From Alphaproteobacteria bacterium (GTDB lineage Bacteria > Pseudomonadota > Alphaproteobacteria > Rickettsiales > SXRF01), in NCBI GenBank assembly GCA_039808985.1, contig JBDHUC010000007.1, positions 5,128 through 69,127 of the forward strand: a DNA stretch of 64,000 nucleotides. The letters run 5' to 3'. The notes beneath the pieces were generated by a model that saw nothing but the letters and a program-made list of their open reading frames with translations, made no database searches and was not told where the DNA came from. The translations under genes were made by a program, and so were the position numbers. This document shows positions 1 to 9,699 of the stretch, piece after piece (the stretch's first letter is position 1; every line of letters begins with the position of its first letter).

Positions 1-59
1 CGGGTTTTAATGGTCAGGAAGTAAAAAAATATTTTAAATCGAAAAAATATAAATATAGT

Positions 60-854
60 ATGCTCAATGTTTATAGCCGGGATATTAAAATTATGCGTTA
101 TATATATATATATTGTTTAATCTTACCCTTTGTTTCCATAGTCCCAGCCCCAGTCCTTGCACAGAGAGATGTACCTGCAGTACCAGAAGGAGTATGGAGC
201 TATGATGATGATTATACCGGCCAGGAGGACTGGGGCGCCGTAAAGGCATATGCGGTTTGTGAAAGTGGCACCCACCAGTCACCAATAAACATAACATATA
301 CAAAACCAGATAAGCTTCCGGCGCTTAATTTTAAATACAATAATGCCGAAGGCGTCTTAAAATTAGAGCCAAACAGATCATTTATTTTTTATGCTGTAAA
401 TGGTGGCAAATTAACAATCGGTGATGACACTTATTCATTACATTCCATTGAAATACATTCACCTAGCAGCCACAGGGTAAAAGATGGTTTTTATCCGGCA
501 GAAATCCACCTTATTCATAAGAATGAAAAAGGCGATATGCTTATAGTTGCCGAGTTTGTAAATATCGGCGCTGAGAACCCGGCTATAGCTAAGATGATTA
601 AGCAGATAACCGAAAGAAATCTGGATAAGTTCTCTGTAAATACTGACAGTCTTGTTTCTAATAACCAGTCATATTATGCATATGACGGCTCACTTCCATA
701 TCCTCCATGCACCGAGAATGCACATTGGAAAATAATGAAACATCCCATTACAATTTCAAGGGAGCAATTATCTTTCATAGCCAGAATTATCGGCCGCAAT
801 TCCAGGCTTCCGCAACCTGTTTATATGCGTGAGGTTTTAGAATCAACTCCTTAA
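60..854 (+). CDS. exported alpha-class carbonic anhydrase homologue with substituted catalytic residues (possible pseudo-enzyme)
   Basis: 264-aa ORF with a signal-like N-terminus (alternative start at 93, MRYIYIYCLILPF...PVLA/Q). Alpha-CA hallmarks are present: C-x-SG-x-x-QSPINI, YPAEIHLIH, GSLxxPPCTE. However, the QFHFH motif reads SIEIH and SLTTPP reads SLPYPP. Confidence 0.8.
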   Translation: MLNVYSRDIKIMRYIYIYCLILPFVSIVPAPVLAQRDVPAVPEGVWSYDDDYTGQEDWGAVKAYAVCESGTHQSPINITYTKPDKLPALNFKYNNAEGVLKLEPNRSFIFYAVNGGKLTIGDDTYSLHSIEIHSPSSHRVKDGFYPAEIHLIHKNEKGDMLIVAEFVNIGAENPAIAKMIKQITERNLDKFSVNTDSLVSNNQSYYAYDGSLPYPPCTENAHWKIMKHPITISREQLSFIARIIGRNSRLPQPVYMREVLESTP

Positions 855-1111
855 CTGTTTATTATAATTTGTTCCATTATGGGACAACACCCTACACAAC
901 CTATAATAGATTTACTATTGACTTTCCTATCACAATAAGAGATAAAGATTACCATGATAAATCAGGCAAATAACATAAAGAGAAGAGTGAATAAGTAGAG
1001 CATGAACAACCTATTACCTGACATTCAACTATGGAAAACCAAGCATAATGCCTTATACTTTGGACAAGTCAGGGCAAGTTGAAATAAGCATAATAATTTT
1101 AAGGATATAAT

Positions 1112-1414
1112 ATGGAATACACAGTAGCTTCTTCAAATTCAATTACCTCTATAAAACTTACAGGGCAATTTACATTTTCAGATACTAATAAATTCAAGAA
1201 TATCCTTGATTTGCTCTATGAAAACAGCATCAAAGTGATGACATTGGATTTTTCTGATGTCACCTTCATAGATTCATCATGTATGGGTATGCTCCTTTTG
1301 TTGCGTGATGAATGCCAGGCGCAAAACACCTCGCTTAATATACAATCACCTCAGGGGCAGGTAGAAAAAATTTTCCATATATCTAAATTCCACCAGCTTT
1401 TCTCAATAAACTAG
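1112..1414 (+). CDS. STAS-domain anti-sigma-factor antagonist (SpoIIAA/RsbV-like)
   Basis: 100 aa. Contains the conserved phospho-acceptor context DFSDVTFIDSSCMGMLL (DSS, Ser55). AAGGA lies 8 nt upstream of the ATG. Confidence 0.8.
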   Translation: MEYTVASSNSITSIKLTGQFTFSDTNKFKNILDLLYENSIKVMTLDFSDVTFIDSSCMGMLLLLRDECQAQNTSLNIQSPQGQVEKIFHISKFHQLFSIN

Positions 1415-1427
1415 CTGGTATGATTTT

Positions 1428-2174
1428 ATGCACGATGCTCTTGCTAAATATCTTCCCGATTACGGCAAAAATTTAGCTTATGAGCAGAAAAATTTTATAC
1501 ATAAACCATTCTTTTTCACTATAGCTGATTACCGGAAAACCAGCGAAGCATTAGAATCCGTTATTGCTTTACCACACAAAGCATTTATTGAAATCACCCC
1601 TTACAACAAGCATAAAAAATCATTTGAATATTTATTGGATGAGTCACCTGATTTTGCTTTATCACTTTCAACAATAAGCTGCCACACAAGCAGTTTGGCT
1701 CATATTTTTGCGAATTTACTGGATAAGCGCTTCGCATTAAATAGCAAAAAAAATACAGAAATCAAAATCTGTCTTCAGGAGGCAATAACCAATGCCATGT
1801 TGCATGGTAATTTAAAAATGCGTAGTGATTTCCATACTGTAAAAGGTTTATATGCTTATCATGAAGAAATAAATAAGCGCCTTATATTGGAGCATTACAG
1901 GTTTTCAACAATCAATATCCGGGCATGGAATAAGAAAGACTCTATAAAAATTGCAATAAGTGATGATGGCAGTGGTTTCAGAATTCCCACATATAAAGAA
2001 GATAATAAATCTCCAAATGGCCGCGGCTTAATTATTATACAAGAACTATCAGACAAAGCATGGGTAGAGAAAGGCTCAAAATCATTATTTATGGATTTTA
2101 AAAAATCAACTGGTAATCCACCCGCCGCCTATCAGCTTGTCACCGATATAAGCAACGCAGGCCTGCCCTGGTGA
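1428..2174 (+). CDS. anti-sigma regulatory factor-type Ser/Thr kinase (HATPase_c, SpoIIAB/RsbW-like) with N-terminal extension
   Basis: N-box [12 protein letters not shown]1 box ISDDGSGF, G2 box NGRGLIIIQ. An N-terminal stretch of about 110 aa has no recognisable family. The 3' end overlaps the convergent mnmA by 69 nt. Confidence 0.75.
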   Translation: MHDALAKYLPDYGKNLAYEQKNFIHKPFFFTIADYRKTSEALESVIALPHKAFIEITPYNKHKKSFEYLLDESPDFALSLSTISCHTSSLAHIFANLLDKRFALNSKKNTEIKICLQEAITNAMLHGNLKMRSDFHTVKGLYAYHEEINKRLILEHYRFSTINIRAWNKKDSIKIAISDDGSGFRIPTYKEDNKSPNGRGLIIIQELSDKAWVEKGSKSLFMDFKKSTGNPPAAYQLVTDISNAGLPW

Positions 2175-3230
2175 AACTGCGGCTTGTGGCTCTTTTAATG
2201 TCACCACTGCCCGTCCATTTCCTAAGATTTTTATGGTAGCTGGAACGCCAGCCTGAGTTGATCTGGTTTTAACCGTAAATTCCCTGTTATCCGCCATCTG
2301 TAATCCGTCATCTGATAGCCAGTTACACTCACGGATAGAAAATTCAATCCTAAGCAAATCCTCTTTACGCCCCACTATCACCTGTTTTTTTTCAGCATCA
2401 AGGCGGATAACATAAAGCGGTTCACCACTTCCGCCGATTCCCAACCCTTTGCGCTGCCCGACCGTATAATTTATTATACCGTCATGCCTGCCTATTACTT
2501 TGCCGTCCGTGGTTATAATATCACCTCCATCAAGAGCACCGGGACGGAGTTTTTCAATAACTTTAGCGTAACCGCCGGTTGGCACGAAACAAATATCCTG
2601 GCTATCAGGCTTATCGGCAACCTGCAAACCAAAACGGGCAGCCAGTGCTCGGGTTTCGTCCTTACTTTTCAGATGCCCTAGTGGAAAACGCAAAAAATCA
2701 AGCTGTTCTTTAGTAGTTGCGAATAAAAAATAACTCTGGTCACGGCTGGGATCGGCCGCCCTTACCATCTGTGCCGTTCCATTTTCCACCGCCCTTTGCA
2801 CATAATGCCCTGTTGCCATGCAATCTGCCCCCAGGTCACGGGCTGTTTGCAGCAAGTCTTTAAATTTTACCGACTGGTTGCATTTCACGCAGGGAATCGG
2901 CGTTTCCCCGGCCAGGTAACTATCGACAAAATCATCCATCACGCTTTCTTTGAATTTGCTCTCATAATTAAGCACATAATGGGCAATGCCCAGTTTTTCC
3001 GCCACCCGGCGCGCATCATGAATATCCTGCCCGGCACAACATGCACCTTTTTTATTTACCATCGCCCCGTGGTCATAAAGCTGCAAAGTTATGCCTATAA
3101 CATTATAACCCTGCTCAGAAAGCAGCGCGGCAACAGCAGAGGAATCCACCCCGCCGGACATGGCAACCACAACTTTGGTGTCTTTTTCCGGTTTATTAAA
3201 GCCTAGGGAGTTCAGTTCAACTTTATACAT
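2106..3230 (-). CDS. mnmA: tRNA-specific 2-thiouridylase MnmA
   Basis: PP-loop [18 protein letters not shown], and C-terminal GGGWI. The ORF extends to a GTG at 3239, but the ATG at 3230 is preceded by AGGTGG. Confidence 0.93.
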   Translation of the reverse strand: MYKVELNSLGFNKPEKDTKVVVAMSGGVDSSAVAALLSEQGYNVIGITLQLYDHGAMVNKKGACCAGQDIHDARRVAEKLGIAHYVLNYESKFKESVMDDFVDSYLAGETPIPCVKCNQSVKFKDLLQTARDLGADCMATGHYVQRAVENGTAQMVRAADPSRDQSYFLFATTKEQLDFLRFPLGHLKSKDETRALAARFGLQVADKPDSQDICFVPTGGYAKVIEKLRPGALDGGDIITTDGKVIGRHDGIINYTVGQRKGLGIGGSGEPLYVIRLDAEKKQVIVGRKEDLLRIEFSIRECNWLSDDGLQMADNREFTVKTRSTQAGVPATIKILGNGRAVVTLKEPQAAVSPGQACVAYIGDKLIGGGWITS

Positions 3231-3382
3231 AAAACCCACCTATACTAGAATTTTTACATTCTGCCACAGTCAATTCATAATATACGACTGTACACAGCAA
3301 TAAATCCACATGAAATATTAAGGATAAACAATATCTAAAACCATTTTCTTATAACATATGTTTTGCTAGGTTCTGCCTACAT

Positions 3383-4502
3383 TCAAAAAGATAACTCCCC
3401 CTTCCCCTTAACCCTGTCGGCCAGCGCGGCGCTTATGAACGCATCGAGATCGCCATCTAAAACACCCTGGCTGTTACTGGTTTCATGGTCAGTTCGCAGG
3501 TCTTTCACCAGTTGATAAGGATGCAGTACATATGAACGAATCTGGTGTCCCCAGGCGTTATCAGTTTTCTGGGCGTTAAGCACATCGGCTTTTTCTTCAC
3601 GGATTCGCAGTTCGCGCTCGTAAAGCCGGGCTTTAAGCATCTGCATCGCCTCGGCACGGTTGGCATGCTGGCTGCGCGAGCTTTGCGACTTAACAACAAT
3701 TCCGGTTGGCATATGGGTGAAACGCACCGCGCTTTCGGTCTTGTTTACATGCTGTCCACCGGCGCCGCCGGAGCGCATCGTGTCTACTTTAATATCCTTC
3801 TCATCAATTTTTATGTCGATCTTATCATCTATAACCGGATAAACCCAGACTCCGGCAAAGCTGGTGTGCCGCCTGGCATTAGAATCAAAAGGTGAAATGC
3901 GCACAAGACGGTGTACTCCGGATTCGGTCTTCGCCCAGCCATACGCATTATGCCCCATGATCTTTATGGTCGCGGATTTTATTCCTGCTTCTTCGCCACG
4001 GTTTTCGTCAATCAGCTCATATTTATAACCGCGCTTTGCCGCCCACCGCGTATACATACGCAGCAGCATTTCCGCCCAATCCTGTGATTCAGTTCCCCCG
4101 GCCCCTGAATTTATTTCAAGGAAACAATCATTGCTGTCGGCCTCGCCAGAAAGCAGGCTCTCTATTTCCAGCCTGTGCAATTCATCTGCTATTTTTTTCA
4201 GGGAGTTCTCAGCTTCTGCTAAAACAGCATCATCTTTTTCTGCTTCCGCCATTTCAGCAAGTTCAATATTTCCTTTGAATTCTGAGTCCAATCGCTCATA
4301 ACCACTGATTAATGAGTCAATATAGTTACGCTCACGCAATAATTCCTGAGCTTTTTCCGGCTTATTCCATAGATTTGGGTCTTCACAGAGCGAATTCAGC
4401 TCATCACGGCGGCGCAAAGCGTTATCCCAGTCAAAGATACCTCCTTAACAGTTCCTGTGACTGTTTGATTTGGCTGGATAATGTTTCAATTTCTGCTTTC
4501 AT
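3383..4502 (-). CDS. prfB: peptide chain release factor 2, expressed by programmed +1 frameshift
   Basis: SPF and GGQ motifs lie in the long ORF (3383-4417). A short frame-0 ORF, MKAEIETLSSQIKQSQELLRRYL-TGA, starts at 4502. The two join at CTT TGA C. Confidence 0.95.
4431..4445 (-). promoter_or_regulatory. RF2 autoregulatory +1 frameshift site (internal SD AGGAGG, then TAT CTT TGA C)
   Basis: The minus strand reads AGGAGG TAT CTT TGA CTG GGA. CTT is at 4436-4434 and TGA at 4433-4431. Shifting +1 gives L-D-W-D-N-A-L-RRRDELN, which continues the main ORF. Confidence 0.93.
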
Positions 4503-4592
4503 GATGCTGCGTAAAGAATAGCATTATTAATGATTTGTCAATAATTTAGAGTGTACAATGGAGAATGCCATATAATTAATACTAAAATCCAC

Positions 4593-7076
4593 ATGATAAA
4601 AGCTAAAAGAAATATAGAAAAACAGGGTTTTTCTCTTGTTCAGGTCAGCATAATAATAGCTGTTGCGGGTATTATCCTGTCCTCGGTCATTCCTGGAGGT
4701 GAATCAAACAGCGATATTGAAAAAAACCGCATTACACGCGAAAAGATGGAAAAAATAGAGCTGGCGACGCAGGGATTTATGGCCGCAAAGTTAAGGCGCC
4801 CCTGCCCGGCAGACGGTACCCTGGCAAATACTAACATAAATTTTGGCAAGGAAGATACAAATTATGGGAGCTGTTCCAGTGCTAATTTTTTTACACAGTC
4901 AACTCCTGTAACTAAAACTGGCGCTACTACAACAGCATCATCTGCAGTAGCAACAACATTAAACAACACTACAGGCCTTGCTATAGGAATGCTGGTAACT
5001 GGCACCAATATTGCCGCAAACACCCATATATTGAGTGTTGATAGCGCCACGCAGATTACATTTGATAAATACGCCGCCGGAGCCAGCGGAACATTAACAT
5101 TTACTACAGTGGCGGCTGGTGTTGTACCAACTAAAACGCTTGGCCTTCCTGATGATTATATGCTGGATGGATATGGCAGGCGCATAGGATATATGGTTGA
5201 TATTCGCGCAACTGATAAAACAACCTGCCGTAACATGCAGGCAAAAAAAACGTCGGGTGCAATTCAAATAATGGATTCATGGGCGAATATAGGTTCATAT
5301 AACACCGACAATGTAATGTGGGCGCTAATATCCTATGGAAAAAATGGGCATGGTGCCTTTCCGACTCAGGGCTCAAGCCTGGCCAACAGGTTCGATAGTG
5401 GCGCTACTAACAAAGATGAGCGTACCAATGCATTTATAGATGTTACTACCACTGATTTTACAACGGCATATACCCCGTATTTAGTAAGGCATGAACCCAA
5501 CCTTACTTCAGGAAACAACTATTTTGATGACACAATATGGACGCAGGAATCCACCAAAAACACCTGTTGCACAGGAAAGATGTGCAATATAGGCACAAGG
5601 ATTGATGGCTCAGCTTCAGAAAATTTTGGCTGGTCTGTTACCAGCGGAGATATAAATGGTGATGGCATCCCCGATATAATAGCTTCAAAGTCCGGGGGAA
5701 CTAAAATCAGGGTTATATTTGGTAAGGCAACAGGCTGGACACCAACTTCAGCCATATCTCTGGCAACAGCCAACAGTTCAAGATTTTTTACTATAACCAA
5801 TGATTCTGCGCATCCTAATTTTGCAGGAAGCATTGCGGTTGGCGATATTAATGGGGATGGTTATGACGATATTGTGATAGGTTATGGCGATGGAAGCGGT
5901 AGCTATATAAAAATATTCTATGGCAGCGCATCTCCAGTTGATACAAATACCAGTTCACTCACTGACATTATAACTTTTCCATCAACCACAACCAGTGGAG
6001 CGCCATCCATATCCCTTGGAAAATTCGCGCATACAGCAAGCAAAGATATTCTGGCTCTTATAAAGACGGCTTCCGGCACAGGAAGTTCAACCGCATATGT
6101 TATTTATGGCGCGGCATCTTACGGTTCAAAAACGGCTGATACTACAAACTGGCTATTGGCGGCCAGTACCGGTTTTAAAATCAACACCACCTCACCAGGA
6201 AGGCTGGAAGCAATATCGGCAGCAGGGGCTGGTGATGTTAATAATGACAGCTATGACGAAATTATATTCAGCAATTATACTAATAATATAATGTATGTTT
6301 TATTTGGCGAGTCGGCAGCAAACTGGGATACTGATAAAACTACAGCAGCAACCGGGGCAACTCCGGATATTGTGAATATTGACACGCGGGTTAGCGCCGG
6401 TGTTACAGAAGCTGTTAAATTCACTAATGGTTCCAGCAATATTGGTCGATATACTATTGCTGTAGCAGATATGAATAACGATGGCTACAATGACATTATA
6501 TTCAACAACGGTAATTATTTTTATATTTATTATGGCAAAACTGCAGCAAGCTGGACATCACCAGACCTTTCAACAGCAGCAAATTATAATGGCACCAATG
6601 GTTTCAGGGTTGATTTAGTCAGTAATATACCAGCCTGGGTAACTTCTCCCATGACCAGCGCCATTGTAAGCGATGTAAATGGCGATGGGAAAAAAGACAT
6701 TATATCAATTGATTCAAACGGAGGGCCAAACAGCCTGGCAAATTCCGGGGCAAGCTTCATAATATTGCAGCCAAGCGGTGGCTGGAGCAGCGCATGGACA
6801 AGTGGTACACTTACATTATTTGGCCAGGTATTTGACTCAGCAGGAACAGGCTTGCCATTAAACAATGATGTAAGCAAAGGTTTTAGGATAGATGGTGATG
6901 CTGCCAGCCAGAATGTAAATGTAGAAACAGTTGCTGACATCAATAATGATGGAAAAAATGATTTAATAATAGGTTCCGAACATGCATTCAGCGATGCAGG
7001 CAGTATTCATATATTATTTGGCCGCACATTAGTGCCATGGGATACATCAACCAATGTAAGCATATTAAATTATTAG
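4593..7076 (+). CDS. prepilin-type N-terminal domain protein fused to a 7-blade FG-GAP (integrin-alpha-like) beta-propeller
   Basis: Leader MIKAKRNIEKQG is followed by FSLVQVSIIIAVAGIILSSVI. There are six DxNxDGxxD calcium loops. The track ORF starts at a GTG at 4551, but the ATG at 4593 gives a typical short basic leader. Confidence 0.7.
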   Translation: MIKAKRNIEKQGFSLVQVSIIIAVAGIILSSVIPGGESNSDIEKNRITREKMEKIELATQGFMAAKLRRPCPADGTLANTNINFGKEDTNYGSCSSANFFTQSTPVTKTGATTTASSAVATTLNNTTGLAIGMLVTGTNIAANTHILSVDSATQITFDKYAAGASGTLTFTTVAAGVVPTKTLGLPDDYMLDGYGRRIGYMVDIRATDKTTCRNMQAKKTSGAIQIMDSWANIGSYNTDNVMWALISYGKNGHGAFPTQGSSLANRFDSGATNKDERTNAFIDVTTTDFTTAYTPYLVRHEPNLTSGNNYFDDTIWTQESTKNTCCTGKMCNIGTRIDGSASENFGWSVTSGDINGDGIPDIIASKSGGTKIRVIFGKATGWTPTSAISLATANSSRFFTITNDSAHPNFAGSIAVGDINGDGYDDIVIGYGDGSGSYIKIFYGSASPVDTNTSSLTDIITFPSTTTSGAPSISLGKFAHTASKDILALIKTASGTGSSTAYVIYGAASYGSKTADTTNWLLAASTGFKINTTSPGRLEAISAAGAGDVNNDSYDEIIFSNYTNNIMYVLFGESAANWDTDKTTAATGATPDIVNIDTRVSAGVTEAVKFTNGSSNIGRYTIAVADMNNDGYNDIIFNNGNYFYIYYGKTAASWTSPDLSTAANYNGTNGFRVDLVSNIPAWVTSPMTSAIVSDVNGDGKKDIISIDSNGGPNSLANSGASFIILQPSGGWSSAWTSGTLTLFGQVFDSAGTGLPLNNDVSKGFRIDGDAASQNVNVETVADINNDGKNDLIIGSEHAFSDAGSIHILFGRTLVPWDTSTNVSILNY

Positions 7077-7077
7077 C

Positions 7078-9699
7078 CTAATATAGTCCCCCTGTTCCAA
7101 CCATAGGCGGTTCAGAGCGCTCATTTATAACAGGCTCTTCTTCACCGCCGACAATATGGGGCGGGTTAGGATTGGCATCATCGGGGTTTATTATAACATC
7201 AGATTCCGAGTGTGAATTCGATCTGGTTTTTCCTGGTACAAAAACGGGTTCACCGATAACAAAGGCTTCGTCTATAATTTTCGCATCCGGCGGTTCAGTA
7301 CCATCCAATGGCAATCCGGTGTGCAAATCAACCTTTACCAACTGGATTCCACGCGGAATTTTAAATGGCTTGTTAGGTACATCAGCAAGCGCATCTTTCA
7401 TAAAAGAAATAAACGCTGGTAGCGCAACAGACGCGCCAGTTTCTCTTTTTCCAAGGGTTTTTGGTTTGTCATAGCCAATAAATACTCCTGCCACCAGATC
7501 AGGGGTAAAACCTACAAACCATGTGTCAAGGCTGTCATTAGTAGTTCCTGTTTTTCCTGCTACTGTTTTTCCGATTTCGCGCGCGCGCGCAGCCGTTCCC
7601 CTTGTTGCGACCCCCTGTAACATCGAGGTTATCTGGTATATAATACGAGGGTCAGCAACCTGCTCACGCAAGTCAGCCAGTTCGGGAGGCATAATATTAG
7701 GCCCTATTATGGACAGGTCGGATACTTTACATTCGCTGCAAACCCTGTCATCACGGCGGTAAATTGTTTTTCCATGCCGGTCGTCAATGCGTTCAATAAG
7801 CGATGGGGTAATTTTCTTGCCGCCGTTAGCTATCATCCCATAGGCATTGACTAGCCTCATTAATGTAGTTTCAGTCGCGCCAAGCACGATTGAAAAATTT
7901 GGCGCAGGGTCATCATAAATCCCAAACCTCTTGCCAATTTCAAGAACATTATCAAGTCCCATTGCCTGCGCAATACGCACTGTCATTGTATTACGCGATT
8001 TCTCAAGGCCAACCCGCATGGTAGTAGGCCCAAGGTAATCGCCATGATAATTAGATGGTTTCCATGCTGACATGCCTGCGCCTTGCGACATTTCAACCGG
8101 GGCATCTAAAAATACATCTGACGGAGTAAAGCCATTTTCAAGCCCAGCCATATATACAAATGGCTTAAATGACGAGCCGGGCTGGCGCTTAGCCTGGGTA
8201 GCGCGGTTAAATTCTGTTCCACCGTAAGTATATCCACCGGACATGGCCAGAACCCTGCCAGTATGTGGATCAAGCACTACCATAGCCCCATTAACTTCCG
8301 GGACCTGCCCCAGGCTCCATATTTTTTTCTGCTCATTCGAGTCGGCTGTTTTTTTATTATCAGATTTTTTCTTGCTGTTAGCGGATTTCTTCGGCTCTGT
8401 TATTTTTTCTTCTTCAGGGGTTAGTGGAGATAATATAACTACATCACCCACTTTAAGCACATCTGACGGACTTCTGACTTCCGGCCCGATTTTGCCATCA
8501 GCAATCACCCGGCGCGTCCATTTCATTAAAGAAAAAGGTATAATCCCAGATTTATCTTCGTCAAAAGCAACCTGTACTTTACTATCATCAATAGCCGATA
8601 CCACAGCCAGTTTCTGCCCATCAAGAAGATGGTAGGCGTTTTCTTTTAAAAGAACCGCCAGATTATTCTTCCATTCCTTCATGTTTGCAATATGCGTTAC
8701 CGGGCCTCGATACCCTCTGCGGCGGTCATATTCGATTAAAGCTTTTTGCAAGGCATTATCGGCTTCCTTCTGTAAATCTGGATTAACTGTAGTTTTCACC
8801 ACAAGGCCACCACCATAAAGAACATCGGAACCATACATATCTGATAAAGTACGCCGTACTTCCTCAGCAAAAAAATCAGCGCGCGCCGTATCTGTTACAT
8901 CGCGGTTTCTCAGGTTTATTGGTGTATCCTGGGCTATTTTTGCCTCCGCCGCAGTGATATAACCGTCTTCATTCATGCGGTCTATAACCCAGTCGCGCCG
9001 CCTCTTTGCAGCGTCATAATTTTTTTTCGGGTTATAGTCAGCAGGGGCTTTAGGCTCAGATGCTAAAAGCGCCACTTCTTCAACCGTAAGCTCATCCAGT
9101 GATTTATTAAAATAATTCTGGGCTGCGGCTGCAACCCCGTACGAGCCCATGCCAAGGTAAATCTCGTTAAGATACAGTTCCAGGATTTTATCCTTGCTGT
9201 AAACCCGGCTGATGCGCATTGCAAGTATCGCCTCTTTTATTTTGCGCTCGATAGACTTTTCATTGGTCAACAAAAAATTCTTAACAACCTGCTGGGTAAT
9301 GGTAGAGCCGCCAACCAGCGACTTTCCCTGGCCATAATTTTTTATATTGTTAAATACCGCGCGTCCTAAACCAGTAAAATCTATACCTGTGTGGCTATAA
9401 AAATTTTTATCCTCAGCCGAAAGGAAAGCATGTATTACAGATTTAGGGATAGCAGAAAGCGGTACAAACACACGTTTTTCCGTTGAATATTCAGCAAGCA
9501 GCTTTCCATTTGCTGCGTACAGGCGCGTTAAAGTTGCCGGGTCATATTTTTCGAGCTGGCTGTAGTCCGGCAGATCCTTGTCGTAATAAGTGAACATTAT
9601 TGCGCCTATTACCAGGCCAACAATAGACAAGGTAAATCCTATGGAAAAAAACCAACCCAAAAGGGCGATAAGCCCGCGCGAGAATCTACTCTTTAACAT
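7078..9699 (-). CDS. mrcA: penicillin-binding protein 1A (bifunctional transglycosylase/transpeptidase)
   Basis: N-terminal TM anchor, GT51 motifs EDKNFYSHTGID and RKIKEA, transpeptidase motif SSFKP, and KTGTT near the C-terminus. Confidence 0.93.
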   Translation of the reverse strand: MLKSRFSRGLIALLGWFFSIGFTLSIVGLVIGAIMFTYYDKDLPDYSQLEKYDPATLTRLYAANGKLLAEYSTEKRVFVPLSAIPKSVIHAFLSAEDKNFYSHTGIDFTGLGRAVFNNIKNYGQGKSLVGGSTITQQVVKNFLLTNEKSIERKIKEAILAMRISRVYSKDKILELYLNEIYLGMGSYGVAAAAQNYFNKSLDELTVEEVALLASEPKAPADYNPKKNYDAAKRRRDWVIDRMNEDGYITAAEAKIAQDTPINLRNRDVTDTARADFFAEEVRRTLSDMYGSDVLYGGGLVVKTTVNPDLQKEADNALQKALIEYDRRRGYRGPVTHIANMKEWKNNLAVLLKENAYHLLDGQKLAVVSAIDDSKVQVAFDEDKSGIIPFSLMKWTRRVIADGKIGPEVRSPSDVLKVGDVVILSPLTPEEEKITEPKKSANSKKKSDNKKTADSNEQKKIWSLGQVPEVNGAMVVLDPHTGRVLAMSGGYTYGGTEFNRATQAKRQPGSSFKPFVYMAGLENGFTPSDVFLDAPVEMSQGAGMSAWKPSNYHGDYLGPTTMRVGLEKSRNTMTVRIAQAMGLDNVLEIGKRFGIYDDPAPNFSIVLGATETTLMRLVNAYGMIANGGKKITPSLIERIDDRHGKTIYRRDDRVCSECKVSDLSIIGPNIMPPELADLREQVADPRIIYQITSMLQGVATRGTAARAREIGKTVAGKTGTTNDSLDTWFVGFTPDLVAGVFIGYDKPKTLGKRETGASVALPAFISFMKDALADVPNKPFKIPRGIQLVKVDLHTGLPLDGTEPPDAKIIDEAFVIGEPVFVPGKTRSNSHSESDVIINPDDANPNPPHIVGGEEEPVINERSEPPMVGTGGLY

